64,000 bases of DNA from NCBI GenBank assembly GCA_963845065.1, contig CAWJQQ010000003.1:96001-160000 (forward strand), in the 5' to 3' direction. The translations under genes and the position numbers were made by a program. Source of the stretch: Nitrospirota bacterium (GTDB lineage: Bacteria; Nitrospirota; UBA9217). Below, in pieces: positions 38,939 through 49,198 of the stretch (positions are counted from its first letter, which is position 1; each line of letters starts with the position of its first letter). Below the pieces are notes generated by a model that worked only from the letters and a program-made list of their open reading frames with translations, was not told where the DNA came from and searched no databases.

Positions 38939-40174
38939 ATGAAACTCCCCTACGAAATATTTATCAGTTTGCGTTATCTGAAAACGAAAAAGCGATACGG
39001 TACGGTATCGCTCAATACGTTCATTTCGATAGCTGGCGTCGTCATCGGCGTTGCTACGTCCATTATCACACTTGCAGTAATGACGGGTTTCCAGGGCTAT
39101 TTCCGAGAAAAGATACTCTCCGCCATGCCGCACATCGTGGTTATGGAATTTACTGGTACTGGTGTTAAGGATCAGCAGGCGCTTCAGAACAAAGTCGAGA
39201 AAGTGCCGCATGTTGTAGCAACAACACCGTTTATTTACGGTCAATCCATGCTTACGGCCCAGGACCGGATGCAGGGTGTAGTTGTACGCGGGATCGATCC
39301 GAGTACCGAGCCCAAGGTCACCGATCTGGCCAGAAACATGACTGCCGGAACGCTGAAAGACCTGGAAAACAGCCCAAGCAGACTCCCTGGCATTATAATT
39401 GGAGAAGACTTAGCACGTAAACTTGGAGTTTCGGTTGGGGAAAGCGTTACCATGGTCAATCCCCTAGGAGAGGAAACGCCTATGGGACTCATTCCGAAAA
39501 TGAAGAAGTTCATAGTTGTCGGTCTTTTTGACGCCGGGATGTACGACTATAATATGACCTTCGTATATATAGCGATCCCCGATGCACAAAAATTTTTCGA
39601 TATGCAAGGACGCATCAGTGGCATCCAGGTCCGCATTGACGATGTTTATCTTGCAAATATGGTTTCTTCGATTATTCAAAAAGTGGTTGGTTATCCATAT
39701 ATAACCCGTAACTGGATGGAGCAGAACAAAAACTTTTTTTCTGCCTTGCTGCTCGAGAAAATCGGAATGTCTCTCATTCTTTTTGTTATTATTATCGTTG
39801 CATCATTCAATATCATCGGCACTCTTACCATGATCGTAATGGAAAAGAACCGGGAAATAGCGATTCTGAAGTCCATGGGTTCCTCATCTCAGAGCATCGT
39901 GAAAATATTTATGTTCGCTGGGTTTGCCATAGGTACCGTCGGAACAGCGATTGGTGTTATTATTGGTTATGGTGTGGTAACATTGATAACAAAAACAGAT
40001 GTCATAATGTTACCGAAGGATGTTTACCAAGTTAGCCATCTGCCACTTACTATTTCAGGGTACGATATTTTATTTATATCGCTGACAGCGCTCGGGATCA
40101 GTTTTCTAGCGACCCTATACCCAGCGTGGCAGGCGGCAAAGCAGGATCCGGTGGAAGTGCTCAGATACGAATAA
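38939..40174 (+). CDS. lolE: Lipoprotein-releasing ABC transporter permease (LolC/E)
   Basis: FISLRYLK, AVMTGFQ, VASFNII, EIAILKSMG, LYPAWQAA...PVEVLRYE. Confidence 0.9.
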   Translation: MKLPYEIFISLRYLKTKKRYGTVSLNTFISIAGVVIGVATSIITLAVMTGFQGYFREKILSAMPHIVVMEFTGTGVKDQQALQNKVEKVPHVVATTPFIYGQSMLTAQDRMQGVVVRGIDPSTEPKVTDLARNMTAGTLKDLENSPSRLPGIIIGEDLARKLGVSVGESVTMVNPLGEETPMGLIPKMKKFIVVGLFDAGMYDYNMTFVYIAIPDAQKFFDMQGRISGIQVRIDDVYLANMVSSIIQKVVGYPYITRNWMEQNKNFFSALLLEKIGMSLILFVIIIVASFNIIGTLTMIVMEKNREIAILKSMGSSSQSIVKIFMFAGFAIGTVGTAIGVIIGYGVVTLITKTDVIMLPKDVYQVSHLPLTISGYDILFISLTALGISFLATLYPAWQAAKQDPVEVLRYE

Positions 40175-40219
40175 TTCAAAGATTTTTGCTTGTAAATTTC
40201 AGTAACTGAGGAGGTAGGT

Positions 40220-40459
40220 ATGGCTCAAAAAGGCGGAAAGCTGAAAAGGTTATTTTTTTCGTTAATCTTGATTGCACTTTTAGTTGTTGCTTTTGTCCTC
40301 CTGGGTGGAGGTAACCTTTTGAGATCTACAGGGACATGGATCGGCGGCATTGGGAAAAAAGCTGATAATGTAAAGCAAACGATCCAACAGAAAGCTACGA
40401 CGATAGAGAAAACCGTAGAGAATCTGAAGGAAGGCGAAAAGCCGGGAGAAAAGAAATAA
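40220..40459 (+). CDS. Small single-TM hypothetical protein
   Basis: Strong RBS GAGGAGG; basic N-terminus, TM segment, Lys/Glu-rich tail. Confidence 0.7.
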   Translation: MAQKGGKLKRLFFSLILIALLVVAFVLLGGGNLLRSTGTWIGGIGKKADNVKQTIQQKATTIEKTVENLKEGEKPGEKK

Positions 40460-41145
40460 CACAGAACATTATATATATTCAAGACCTTAGAAAAACGTTC
40501 ATGAGCGGCCCTCAAGAACTCCATGTCCTCGATGGGATCGATTTCGAAATAAGCAAAGGGGAAATGCTCGCAATTGTGGGTGCATCGGGAGTTGGAAAGA
40601 GTACCTTTCTTCACATTCTGGGGGGACTCGACCGACCGACGTCGGGCAAGGTTTTATACGGTGATGTGGACATATTTTCTCTTGCATCTGGGGAACTCGC
40701 CCAGTTTAGAAACGAGCGGGTAGGCTTTATTTTCCAGTTCCATCACCTCCTACCCGAGTTCTCAGCTATAGAGAATGTCATGATACCCGCACTCATCAGA
40801 AGGGCCGACCCAAAGGCTGCAGCCGAAATGGCAACAAAGGTCCTGACTGATGTTGGGCTCGGGAGCAGGCTGTATCACCGTCCTGGCGAGTTGTCAGGCG
40901 GAGAACAGCAGCGCGTGGCAGTTGCAAGGGCGCTCATGCTTAAACCGGATGTGGTTCTGGCAGATGAACCCACGGGAAACCTGGATGCTCATACAGGTGA
41001 GTCGATACACGACCTTCTGCTTTCCATTAACAAACAGATGGGAATCACCTTCGTTATCGTAACGCACAATGATAAGCTTGCTATCCGCGCTGATCGAGTG
41101 CTCCGGATGGGAGATGGTAAACTTGCACAGGCGCATAATTTTTAA
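40456..41145 (+). CDS. lolD: Lipoprotein-releasing ABC ATPase LolD (probable ATA start; next ATG is 40501)
   Basis: GASGVGKST, GFIFQFHHLLPEF, HRPGELSGGEQQR, ADEPTGNLD. The typical N-terminal strand 'IIYIQDLRKTF' lies upstream of ATG 40501. Confidence 0.88.
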   Translation: MTQNIIYIQDLRKTFMSGPQELHVLDGIDFEISKGEMLAIVGASGVGKSTFLHILGGLDRPTSGKVLYGDVDIFSLASGELAQFRNERVGFIFQFHHLLPEFSAIENVMIPALIRRADPKAAAEMATKVLTDVGLGSRLYHRPGELSGGEQQRVAVARALMLKPDVVLADEPTGNLDAHTGESIHDLLLSINKQMGITFVIVTHNDKLAIRADRVLRMGDGKLAQAHNF

Positions 41146-41302
41146 TGCGGGTTACGCTCATCCTAACGATTCTCCGTCCTGAATGTTCCTACCAGCTAAG
41201 CAGACGAAGCTGTAATCATGTTTTCCCTTGACTTTCAGAGGCTGTAAAAAGTAAAATAAAAAAATTCAGTGAAATCATATCTCTACCCGGGGAAACGACC
41301 GC

Positions 41303-42115
41303 ATGAACCTTCTCTTTTTCCAAGCAGCAACGGGCGCCTATGTGCTGGCTGCTGGCGGATACATATCTTACATCTTCAAACCTGATCAGAAATGGGTTGG
41401 AAAGGCATCGCTGTGGGCAACATTTGCAGGTTTCCTCTTTCATATTGTCTATTTTTCACTGCGCTGGTCAGAAGCCGGGCGTATCCCGATCACGAATTTT
41501 TTTGAAGCCGCCAATTTCCTCGGCATGGGCATAATCCTCGTTTTTTTAATCATGGAGTTCCGTTTTAAGATTGCCGCGCTCGGCTCGTTTATGTTGCCCC
41601 TCGTCGTCATTCTCATGATACCCGTATTCCTTTTATCCGGTGAAATTAAAGAACTTAATCCCGTCTTAAAGAGTGGATGGCTAGGAGTACATACGACATT
41701 GGCCGTGCTCGGAGATGCCGCATTTGCGTTTGCCAGCATTGTTTCGATCATGTATCTTGTCCAGGAACGGCAATTGAAGGCAAAACAGCTAGGCGCAATA
41801 TTCCACCGCTTGCCATCGCTTGACATCATGGACACGCTCGCCTATAAGGCGCTGACGCTTGGCTGGCCTCTCTTCACTCTTGGCATGATTTCTGGTTCTA
41901 TCTGGGCGAATAGTGCATGGGGGTCCTATTGGAGCTGGGACCCTAAGGAGACTTGGTCACTTATCATCTGGGTCATTTACCTTGTGCTCCTTCACCTTCG
42001 TACAATCGGCTGGCGGGGCAGAAAAATGGCTGTCCTATCGATTGTCGGTTTTGTGTTCGTTCTGGTAAGTTTTTATGTCGTAAGTCGCGTAAATATTGGA
42101 AAACATTTGTTCTAA
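41303..42115 (+). CDS. ccsA: Cytochrome c biogenesis protein CcsA/CcsB (system II) / HemX-like
   Basis: WLGVH, WWD domain SGSIWANSAWGSYWSWDPKETWS, terminal His. Confidence 0.9.
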   Translation: MNLLFFQAATGAYVLAAGGYISYIFKPDQKWVGKASLWATFAGFLFHIVYFSLRWSEAGRIPITNFFEAANFLGMGIILVFLIMEFRFKIAALGSFMLPLVVILMIPVFLLSGEIKELNPVLKSGWLGVHTTLAVLGDAAFAFASIVSIMYLVQERQLKAKQLGAIFHRLPSLDIMDTLAYKALTLGWPLFTLGMISGSIWANSAWGSYWSWDPKETWSLIIWVIYLVLLHLRTIGWRGRKMAVLSIVGFVFVLVSFYVVSRVNIGKHLF

Positions 42116-42126
42116 GGTGAATAAGA

Positions 42127-43494
42127 ATGGGAATTGTCGTAGTCGGACTCAGCCATAAAACCGCGCCCATTGAAGTTCGAGAGAAGCTAAACTTTCCGGA
42201 AGACACGCTTCCCGACGCGCTCAAAAAACTCATGACTTACGATGGGGTAAAAGAAAGCATGATCGTCTCCACCTGCAACCGGGTAGAGATCTATGCATCA
42301 GTGATAGATAGCGTTACGGGGATAGAACGTATCAAGGAGTTCATATCTAAATATCACGGTCTGTCTCTGGAATCTCTTGAGAAGTCGCTCTATGTCTATT
42401 CTGACGCTCAAGGAGTGCGCCACACGTTCCGTGTCGCTTCGAGCCTTGACTCCCTCGTGCTGGGAGAAGCGCAAATCCTGGGGCAGATGAAAGACGCTTT
42501 CGATGTCGCTCTTAAGACCAAAACTACCAGCACCATCATGAACAAACTGATGAAAAAGGCAATATCCGTCGCCAAACGGGTCCGCACCGAGACGCGGCTT
42601 GCGGAAGGAGCCGTATCGATCAGTTCCGCAGCTGTAGAACTCGCCAAGAAAATTTTCGGTATCCTGGAGGGGAAAAACGTTATGCTTTTGGGCGCGGGTG
42701 AGATGGCCGAACTCGCCGCTCAACATCTACTCGGCAACGGCGTAAAGAATATTATGGTGGCGAATCGGACTTTCGAACGCGCGGAAGAACTCGCCAAGGA
42801 ATTCAAGGGTGACGCCATCCGGTTCGAACATTTCCCAGACGCCCTTGTTATGGTGGACATCCTGATCTGCGCCAGCGGCGCGACGCATTATGTCGTCAAC
42901 CGCGACATGGTCAGCAAGGCCCTCAAACAACGGCGCAATAACCCCATCTTTATGATCGATATATCGAACCCAAGAAACATCGACCCTGATGTCGATAAAG
43001 TCGACAATGTATACCTTTATGACATCGACGATCTGCAGAGCAAGGTCGACGTTAACACTGAGGGAAGGGCACGAGAGGCGGGAAAGGCTGAGGAGATCGT
43101 GAGCCAGGAGGTGGACACCTACCTCCAATGGGAACGGACTCTCGATGCCGTGCCGACCATCGTGGATCTTCGTGAAAAGATCGAGGACATCAGAAAGCGC
43201 GAATTAGACAAGACTCTCGGGTCTTTAAACGGGATCAGTGAGGATGGGAAAAGAGCAATAGACATCATGTCGCAGTCAATTGTGAACAAACTGCTCCATG
43301 CTCCCCTCGTTGTTCTAAAACAAGCAGCTGCAGCGCAGGACGGCAGCGATAACACCATCGCCGTCGCTCGCAAACTTTTCAATTTGGACAAGGAACTCAG
43401 GCGACCGGGGCATCATCTAAGCGATATTAGCGAAGACACCTCCGAAAATACAAGCGAATCCATTCAATCCAATGCGAAGAGTGAGTGCCGGTAA
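42127..43494 (+). CDS. hemA: Glutamyl-tRNA reductase
   Basis: GLSHKTAP, STCNRVE, SLDSLVLGEAQILGQ, GAGEMA. Confidence 0.96.
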   Translation: MGIVVVGLSHKTAPIEVREKLNFPEDTLPDALKKLMTYDGVKESMIVSTCNRVEIYASVIDSVTGIERIKEFISKYHGLSLESLEKSLYVYSDAQGVRHTFRVASSLDSLVLGEAQILGQMKDAFDVALKTKTTSTIMNKLMKKAISVAKRVRTETRLAEGAVSISSAAVELAKKIFGILEGKNVMLLGAGEMAELAAQHLLGNGVKNIMVANRTFERAEELAKEFKGDAIRFEHFPDALVMVDILICASGATHYVVNRDMVSKALKQRRNNPIFMIDISNPRNIDPDVDKVDNVYLYDIDDLQSKVDVNTEGRAREAGKAEEIVSQEVDTYLQWERTLDAVPTIVDLREKIEDIRKRELDKTLGSLNGISEDGKRAIDIMSQSIVNKLLHAPLVVLKQAAAAQDGSDNTIAVARKLFNLDKELRRPGHHLSDISEDTSENTSESIQSNAKSECR

Positions 43495-43650
43495 CTTTTC
43501 ATAGCGAATTTAAGACCTCAGTTAAAAAAATAGGAAACTAATGAATATGTGCCACTAATGTGCGCGGCTTGGTATCCTTAAACAATTAATTTATTAATCT
43601 GTTCTCACCTGTGTGAATGAGTGGCTAAATTGTCCTTAAGGAGCATATCA

Positions 43651-44613
43651 TTGCGAAAAGAAATTAGGATCGGTACCCGTAGCAGCGCGCTGGCGCTTTG
43701 GCAAGCGGAGTGGGTGAAGGCGGAGATTGAAAAAAAATATTCAGACATGAATGTTTCGCTTACCAAAATAAAAACAACTGGAGACAAGATCCTTGATGTC
43801 CCACTGGCAAAGGTTGGCGGCAAGGGGCTCTTCGTTAAGGAGATCGAGGAAGCGATGCTGGCGAATGAGATTGACATCGCCGTCCACAGCATGAAAGACG
43901 TACCGACCTTTTTTCCCGATGGGCTCCATCTCGGCGCGATCACCAAACGCGAGGACCCAAGAGACGCTCTGCTTACTCGTAATAACATACATTTTAAAGA
44001 CTTGCCAATAGGTGCGAATGTGGGTACTAGCAGCCTGAGGCGCCAAGCTCAACTCATGAACGTCCGACCGGACTTCGTGATCCACCAGCTGCGCGGAAAT
44101 GTGGACACGAGGCTACGCAAGCTCAAGGAAGGACAATACGATGCCATTATTCTTGCTGCGGCCGGGGTTAAGCGTCTCGGCCTCGCAGACAATGTCTCGG
44201 AATATATCGATCCTGAGATCAGTCTTCCCGCAATCGGGCAAGGAGCTCTTGGCATCGAGTGTCGTGTAGATGACCGGGAATTGAACGATCTGATAGCCTT
44301 TTTCAATCATCCCGACAGCCGCACATGCGTTACTGGCGAGCGTGCGCTTCTACGACGGCTTGAAGGCGGTTGCCAGGTGCCGATCGCTTGCTACGGACAG
44401 ATGAAGAGTGGGAATTTGCATCTCACCGGACTTGTCGGGAGTGTGGATGGAAAGCGGATCATTAAGGACAGCATTGAAGGAACTCCAAATAAAGCCGAAA
44501 AACTGGGTGTTTCTCTTGCGGAAAAACTCTTATCACAGGGAGCGGATGCAATCTTGCGGGAAGTGTATGGGAATAACTCCGATTTTAGCGGAAACAGTCT
44601 GCTAGAAAATTAA
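43651..44613 (+). CDS. hemC: Hydroxymethylbilane synthase
   Basis: IGTRSSALALWQA, GGKGLFVKE, VHSMKD, GTSSLRR, LEGGCQVP; RBS AAGGAG before TTG 43651. Confidence 0.95.
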   Translation: MRKEIRIGTRSSALALWQAEWVKAEIEKKYSDMNVSLTKIKTTGDKILDVPLAKVGGKGLFVKEIEEAMLANEIDIAVHSMKDVPTFFPDGLHLGAITKREDPRDALLTRNNIHFKDLPIGANVGTSSLRRQAQLMNVRPDFVIHQLRGNVDTRLRKLKEGQYDAIILAAAGVKRLGLADNVSEYIDPEISLPAIGQGALGIECRVDDRELNDLIAFFNHPDSRTCVTGERALLRRLEGGCQVPIACYGQMKSGNLHLTGLVGSVDGKRIIKDSIEGTPNKAEKLGVSLAEKLLSQGADAILREVYGNNSDFSGNSLLEN

Positions 44614-44733
44614 ATACTCGAAAGAATGACTTTGTAACCACAGATCAGCACGGGCTGACACGGATAGTGATCTAATTTTTTAAATGATTCTAATCTGTGT
44701 TTTTCTATATACATCCGAGGTTCCTTATTTACG

Positions 44734-46263
44734 ATGGCTCAAACTACCGGGAAAGTATACTTAGTTGGCGCCGGTCCTGGAGATCCGGGACTCATCACGG
44801 TCAAGGGTCTCGAGTGCGTAAAAAAAGCCGACGTGATCATTTACGACTACCTAGCGAACGAGCGACTGCTCGACCAACGTCGTCCTGACGCAGAACTCAT
44901 ATATGTGGGTAAGCAAGGAAGCCGGCATACTCTTCCCCAGGAACAGATCAACACGCTTATCGTCAAAAAAGCTAGGGAAGGTAGGGTGGTCACACGGTTA
45001 AAAGGTGGAGATCCTTTCATTTTCGGACGTGGAGGGGAAGAGGCTGAAGAACTAGTGGACAACGGCATCCCTTTTGAGGTGGTTCCCGGTGTGACATCAG
45101 CCATTTCAGCACCCACTTATGCTGGCATCCCACTAACGCACCGGGAACATACGGCAAGTGTGGCTTTTGTAACCGGCCACGAAGATCCTACAAAACCTGA
45201 ATCTAAAGTGCATTGGGACAAGATATCGACGGGCATAGGAACGCTCGTGTTTTTCATGGGCATGAAGAATCTCCAGAATATCGTCGATAATCTCATAGCC
45301 CATGGCAGAAGTCCGGAAACACCGATAGCACTCATTCAGTGGGGTACGCGTACGGATCAGCGGGTTGCGATTGGTGTACTTAAAGATATCGTTCTCAAAG
45401 TCAAGGAAGCAAAGCTTGGTCCACCGGCCATCATCGTCGTTGGAGAAGTTGTTCGTCTGAGGCAAAAGCTGAACTGGTTTGAATCGAAACCATTTTTCGG
45501 CAGGCGAATTATAGTCACGCGTTCACGCGACCAGTCAAGCGTGTTCACTGAAATGCTGATTGACCGCGGCGCAACGACCATTGAGTTTCCAACCATTGAA
45601 GTTGTCCCGCCTGGAAGCTGGGACGAGCTTGATAGCGCTATCCAGACAGTGGAATCATTCAGTTGGTTGATTTTCTCGAGTGCGAATGCCGTTAGGTTTT
45701 TCATGGATCGCCTTCGCAGTCTTAACAAGGATCTGCGCATTCTTAAAGGTGTGAATATCTGCACGGTCGGGCCGAAGACCGCGGAATCATTGGAGTCTTA
45801 TGGTCTTAGGGCCGATCTAATACCTACAGAGTTCAAAGCTGAGGGAGTAATCGACGCTATTGGAAGTGTAAACCTGCGGGGCCTCAAAATTCTCATTCCT
45901 AGGGCAAAGGTTGGTCGAGAAATCCTTCCGGACAAATTACGTGAGCTCGGTGCGGAGGTCACAGTGGCCACGGCCTATGAAAATATAAAACCAACTACAG
46001 ATGTCGCCAGGGTGAGGAAACTGCTGGAGGAGAAAAAGATCGCAGCAATTACTTTTACGAGTTCTTCCACGGTAAATAATTTTATTGAAATACTGGGCCA
46101 AAAAGAGTATAAAAGACTTTTACACGGTGTTGCAGTTGCCTGCATAGGGCCTATTACAGCAAAGACTGCAGATGGATATGGAATGAAAACAGATATCATG
46201 CCAAAGGATTATACGATTCCAGCACTGGTTAATGAGCTGGCGAATTTTTTTAAGAAACAATAA
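44734..46263 (+). CDS. cobA: Fused uroporphyrinogen-III C-methyltransferase / synthase (CobA-HemD)
   Basis: VGAGPGDPGLIT, RLKGGDPFIFGRGGEE; C-terminal HemD part (IVTR, FTSSSTV, CIGPITA). Confidence 0.95.
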   Translation: MAQTTGKVYLVGAGPGDPGLITVKGLECVKKADVIIYDYLANERLLDQRRPDAELIYVGKQGSRHTLPQEQINTLIVKKAREGRVVTRLKGGDPFIFGRGGEEAEELVDNGIPFEVVPGVTSAISAPTYAGIPLTHREHTASVAFVTGHEDPTKPESKVHWDKISTGIGTLVFFMGMKNLQNIVDNLIAHGRSPETPIALIQWGTRTDQRVAIGVLKDIVLKVKEAKLGPPAIIVVGEVVRLRQKLNWFESKPFFGRRIIVTRSRDQSSVFTEMLIDRGATTIEFPTIEVVPPGSWDELDSAIQTVESFSWLIFSSANAVRFFMDRLRSLNKDLRILKGVNICTVGPKTAESLESYGLRADLIPTEFKAEGVIDAIGSVNLRGLKILIPRAKVGREILPDKLRELGAEVTVATAYENIKPTTDVARVRKLLEEKKIAAITFTSSSTVNNFIEILGQKEYKRLLHGVAVACIGPITAKTADGYGMKTDIMPKDYTIPALVNELANFFKKQ

Positions 46264-46318
46264 CGATTCCATGACAAAGAGGCCTGCGTGTTCTTGGCCT
46301 TAATAAAACGGAGAAAAT

Positions 46319-46702
46319 ATGATTACTATGTCAGAAGTGGCAGCAGACAAAATTAAAGAGATACTAAAAGTGGAAGGCGTTCCGGATCATGCCTTGCGTA
46401 TATCTGCAACAAGCGGTGGATGCTGCGGTCCTTCCTACGAGATAATGATTGACGACAAGACAGGCGACGACGATACCGTGGTTGAGAAAAACGGCGCCAG
46501 ACTCTTTGTCGACGAATCGTCTTCAAAGACTCTAGACGGCGCTGAACTGGGGTTCATCAGCGACGAACGTGGCGAAGGCTTTGTGATAGGCTTTCCTAAC
46601 GGCGCACCTGCTGGCGGCAGTTGCGGATGCGGTGGGGAAGAGTCGAATCACGGCAATAATCAAGGTGGAAGTTGCGGCTCCGGAGGTTGCGGCTGCAGTT
46701 AA
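46319..46702 (+). CDS. HesB/IscA A-type Fe-S carrier with Cys/Gly-rich tail
   Basis: LRI...GGCCGPSY, LFVD, SCGCG, extra SCGSGGCGCS. Confidence 0.85.
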   Translation: MITMSEVAADKIKEILKVEGVPDHALRISATSGGCCGPSYEIMIDDKTGDDDTVVEKNGARLFVDESSSKTLDGAELGFISDERGEGFVIGFPNGAPAGGSCGCGGEESNHGNNQGGSCGSGGCGCS

Positions 46703-46900
46703 GGACTCCCACACCTGCCAAAAAGGAATGATGAATTTTACCCTCTAATACCCCAAAGTCACAAAGAAGACTTTTTAAGATACAGATTGTGCATCAAGAA
46801 GAGCGTATCCTTCGCACCTTTTTGGGTTAACGTAAAAGCTCCATCTTTATTGATCTTACCTGTGTACAGCAATTGTTAGCCTTTAATTTCAGGAGATTTT

Positions 46901-47875
46901 ATGTTTCAGCCTTTATACCGGCCAAGGAGGCTCAGGGCCAACGAGAACATCCGACGCATGGTGCGGGAAACGAAGCTTTCCCCTGACGATTTTATTTATC
47001 CGCTCTTTGTGACTCATGGCAAAGGCATAAAGAAAGAGATCAGCTCCATGCCTGGCAACTACCAGCAGTCCATCGATAATCTCCTGAAAGATTGCGAAGA
47101 AATCAAGAAACTCGGCATTCCTGCAGTAATCCTTTTTGGCATCCCTGAGCGTAAGGATGAGGTCGGAAGCGAGGCATACTCCGACGAAGGCATTGTCCAG
47201 AACGCAATTAAGTCAATCAAGAACAAACATCCGGAACTGATAGTCATTACCGATGTATGTCTTTGCGAATACACCAGCCACGGTCACTGCGGTGTGATCA
47301 AAAACGGCGTGGTCCAGAACGATGCCACGCTTGAACTTCTGGCCAGAGAAGCGCTTTCTCACGCTAAAGCAGGTGCCGACATGGTGGCGCCCTCGGACAT
47401 GATGGACGGACGAGTAGGCACCATCCGACACATACTCGACAGCGAAGGCTACCACGATACGCCGATCATGGCCTATGCCGCCAAGTACGCATCCAGCTTT
47501 TACGGTCCTTTCCGTGAAGCAGCAGAGTCGACGCCCCAATTTGGAGACCGCCGTTCGTATCAGATGGACGCCCCTAACAGCCGAGAAGCGTTGCGTGAAG
47601 TTGCTCTGGACGTCGAAGAAGGTGCAGATATCGTAATGGTGAAACCGGCGCTCGCTTACTTGGACATAATCTACCAGGTAAAGCAAAATTTTAACCTTCC
47701 TGTCGCTGCCTACAACGTGAGTGGTGAGTTCTCCATGGTCAAAGCAGCGGCCAAGCTGGGCTGGATTGATGGAGACCGTGTCATGATGGAGTCGCTCATC
47801 GCTATGAAGCGAGCAGGCGCTGATATCATCCTTACCTATTTCGCCAAAGAAGCGTCAACTCTCCTCAACAGATAG
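46901..47875 (+). CDS. hemB: Porphobilinogen synthase
   Basis: [47 protein letters not shown]. Confidence 0.97.
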   Translation: MFQPLYRPRRLRANENIRRMVRETKLSPDDFIYPLFVTHGKGIKKEISSMPGNYQQSIDNLLKDCEEIKKLGIPAVILFGIPERKDEVGSEAYSDEGIVQNAIKSIKNKHPELIVITDVCLCEYTSHGHCGVIKNGVVQNDATLELLAREALSHAKAGADMVAPSDMMDGRVGTIRHILDSEGYHDTPIMAYAAKYASSFYGPFREAAESTPQFGDRRSYQMDAPNSREALREVALDVEEGADIVMVKPALAYLDIIYQVKQNFNLPVAAYNVSGEFSMVKAAAKLGWIDGDRVMMESLIAMKRAGADIILTYFAKEASTLLNR

Positions 47876-48227
47876 CGGACCCTCGTACTACTTACCGCAA
47901 TGTTGCCTAATTCAAGCAGACAATGATACCCTAATAATTGTTTGTTTTATCCTCATTATCTCAGCTGAATTGAGGATTTTTCAATTGAAAGAATTTTTCG
48001 GTATTTTCGCTCCTCATGATCAACTGTTCCACTTCTATCATAAGTTCCATCACATGCAGTTGTAGATATTAGCAAATCACGACAGAATCATCAGAGGCAT
48101 GCCACGGGGATAAATATCATCCCTGCCGTGAGTTATAAGCGTGACTAGAAGATCCTCTCATAAGATAAGACAATTGTGTCGTGCAATAGCCATATCGCAA
48201 TATTAAGAACCGCTGAACCTCCCAAGT

Positions 48228-48480
48228 TTAATCATCGGTCCTTACTCGAATACCGGCAGCATTGCTCTTGGATTCTACGCTCACGATTTGATGTTTTTCC
48301 TTGAACCGGGGTTTACCTCTCTTTTCAAAAGCATAATTCTGTGTCGCATCAGTTGCCCGGGATGCAGTCTTCTGGACTGCGTGAACGTCCAGATGTTTGC
48401 CTATGGCACAAGCCGTTTTTGGCCTTTCCCGCGAACTTCTTTTGCATAGCGTACTTAGTGAACCCAAACCGCTCGTAGGG
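48228..48480 (-). pseudogene. Fragment of a second, different TnpB-like gene
   Basis: RFGFTKYAMQK(fs)...ACAIGKHLDVHAVQKTASRATDATQNYAFEKRGKPRFKEKHQIVSVESKSNAAGIRVR resembles the REC/WED region of large TnpB proteins; no RuvC part. Confidence 0.55.
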
Positions 48481-48583
48481 GAAATGATTCGCTTCTAAAA
48501 AGACCGAGGTCAATGCACTTTTTTCTTGCATTCCCAGCTTCTCTGTGCTAAATATAATACAACACTCTGGGAAATTCCTTTAG

Positions 48584-48614
48584 GAGTGGGCATTTTATTT
48601 GCCCACTCTTTTTA
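48584..48614 (+). promoter_or_regulatory. rimP leader hairpin (terminator-like attenuator)
   Basis: GAGTGGGCA-TTTTATT-TGCCCACTC followed by a T run, just upstream of the rimP RBS. Confidence 0.7.
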
Positions 48615-48627
48615 TTTGGGGGACATC

Positions 48628-49089
48628 ATGGCCGATATGGCTGAGCAGATCCAGCTGCTTCTTGAACCAATTCTGGAATCGCTCGGACTCTCCCTGTGGG
48701 ACCTGGAATTTCAGAAGCAGGGACCAAAATGGCTGCTGAGAGTCTATATTGATCGTGAGGCTTCAGGTGTTACGTTGGAAGATTGCGAGTCCGTGAGCAG
48801 AGATTTGAGCACGGCCCTAGACGTGGAAGACATTATCTTTCATGCGTACACTCTGGAGGTCTCTTCGCCCGGACTGGATCGAACATTGTCCAAACCTGAG
48901 CACTATATCCGTTTCTCAGGCAGCGCAGTTAAAGTGAAGACGTACCAGCAGATTAATGGGCAGAAAGTGTTCCATGGCAAGCTGTTAGGCCTGGTCGACG
49001 AAATAGTAAAAGTAGAGCTTGAATCGGGCACAATAATTGAAATCCCACTCCACTTTATTGCAAAGGCTTCTCTTGAGGTAGTCTTTTAA
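48628..49089 (+). CDS. rimP: Ribosome maturation factor RimP
   Basis: LRVYIDR, VTLEDCESVSR, YTLEVSSPGLDR. Confidence 0.95.
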   Translation: MADMAEQIQLLLEPILESLGLSLWDLEFQKQGPKWLLRVYIDREASGVTLEDCESVSRDLSTALDVEDIIFHAYTLEVSSPGLDRTLSKPEHYIRFSGSAVKVKTYQQINGQKVFHGKLLGLVDEIVKVELESGTIIEIPLHFIAKASLEVVF

Positions 49090-49198
49090 TAGGACTATAT
49101 ATTTGCAATCGCTCCTTCACTTGTTGTGTGCAGATAATTCCGAAGAGCGGGGCAGCACTTTTTATTGATGAAGATTTTTGTTAGGAGGAGAAATAGCT

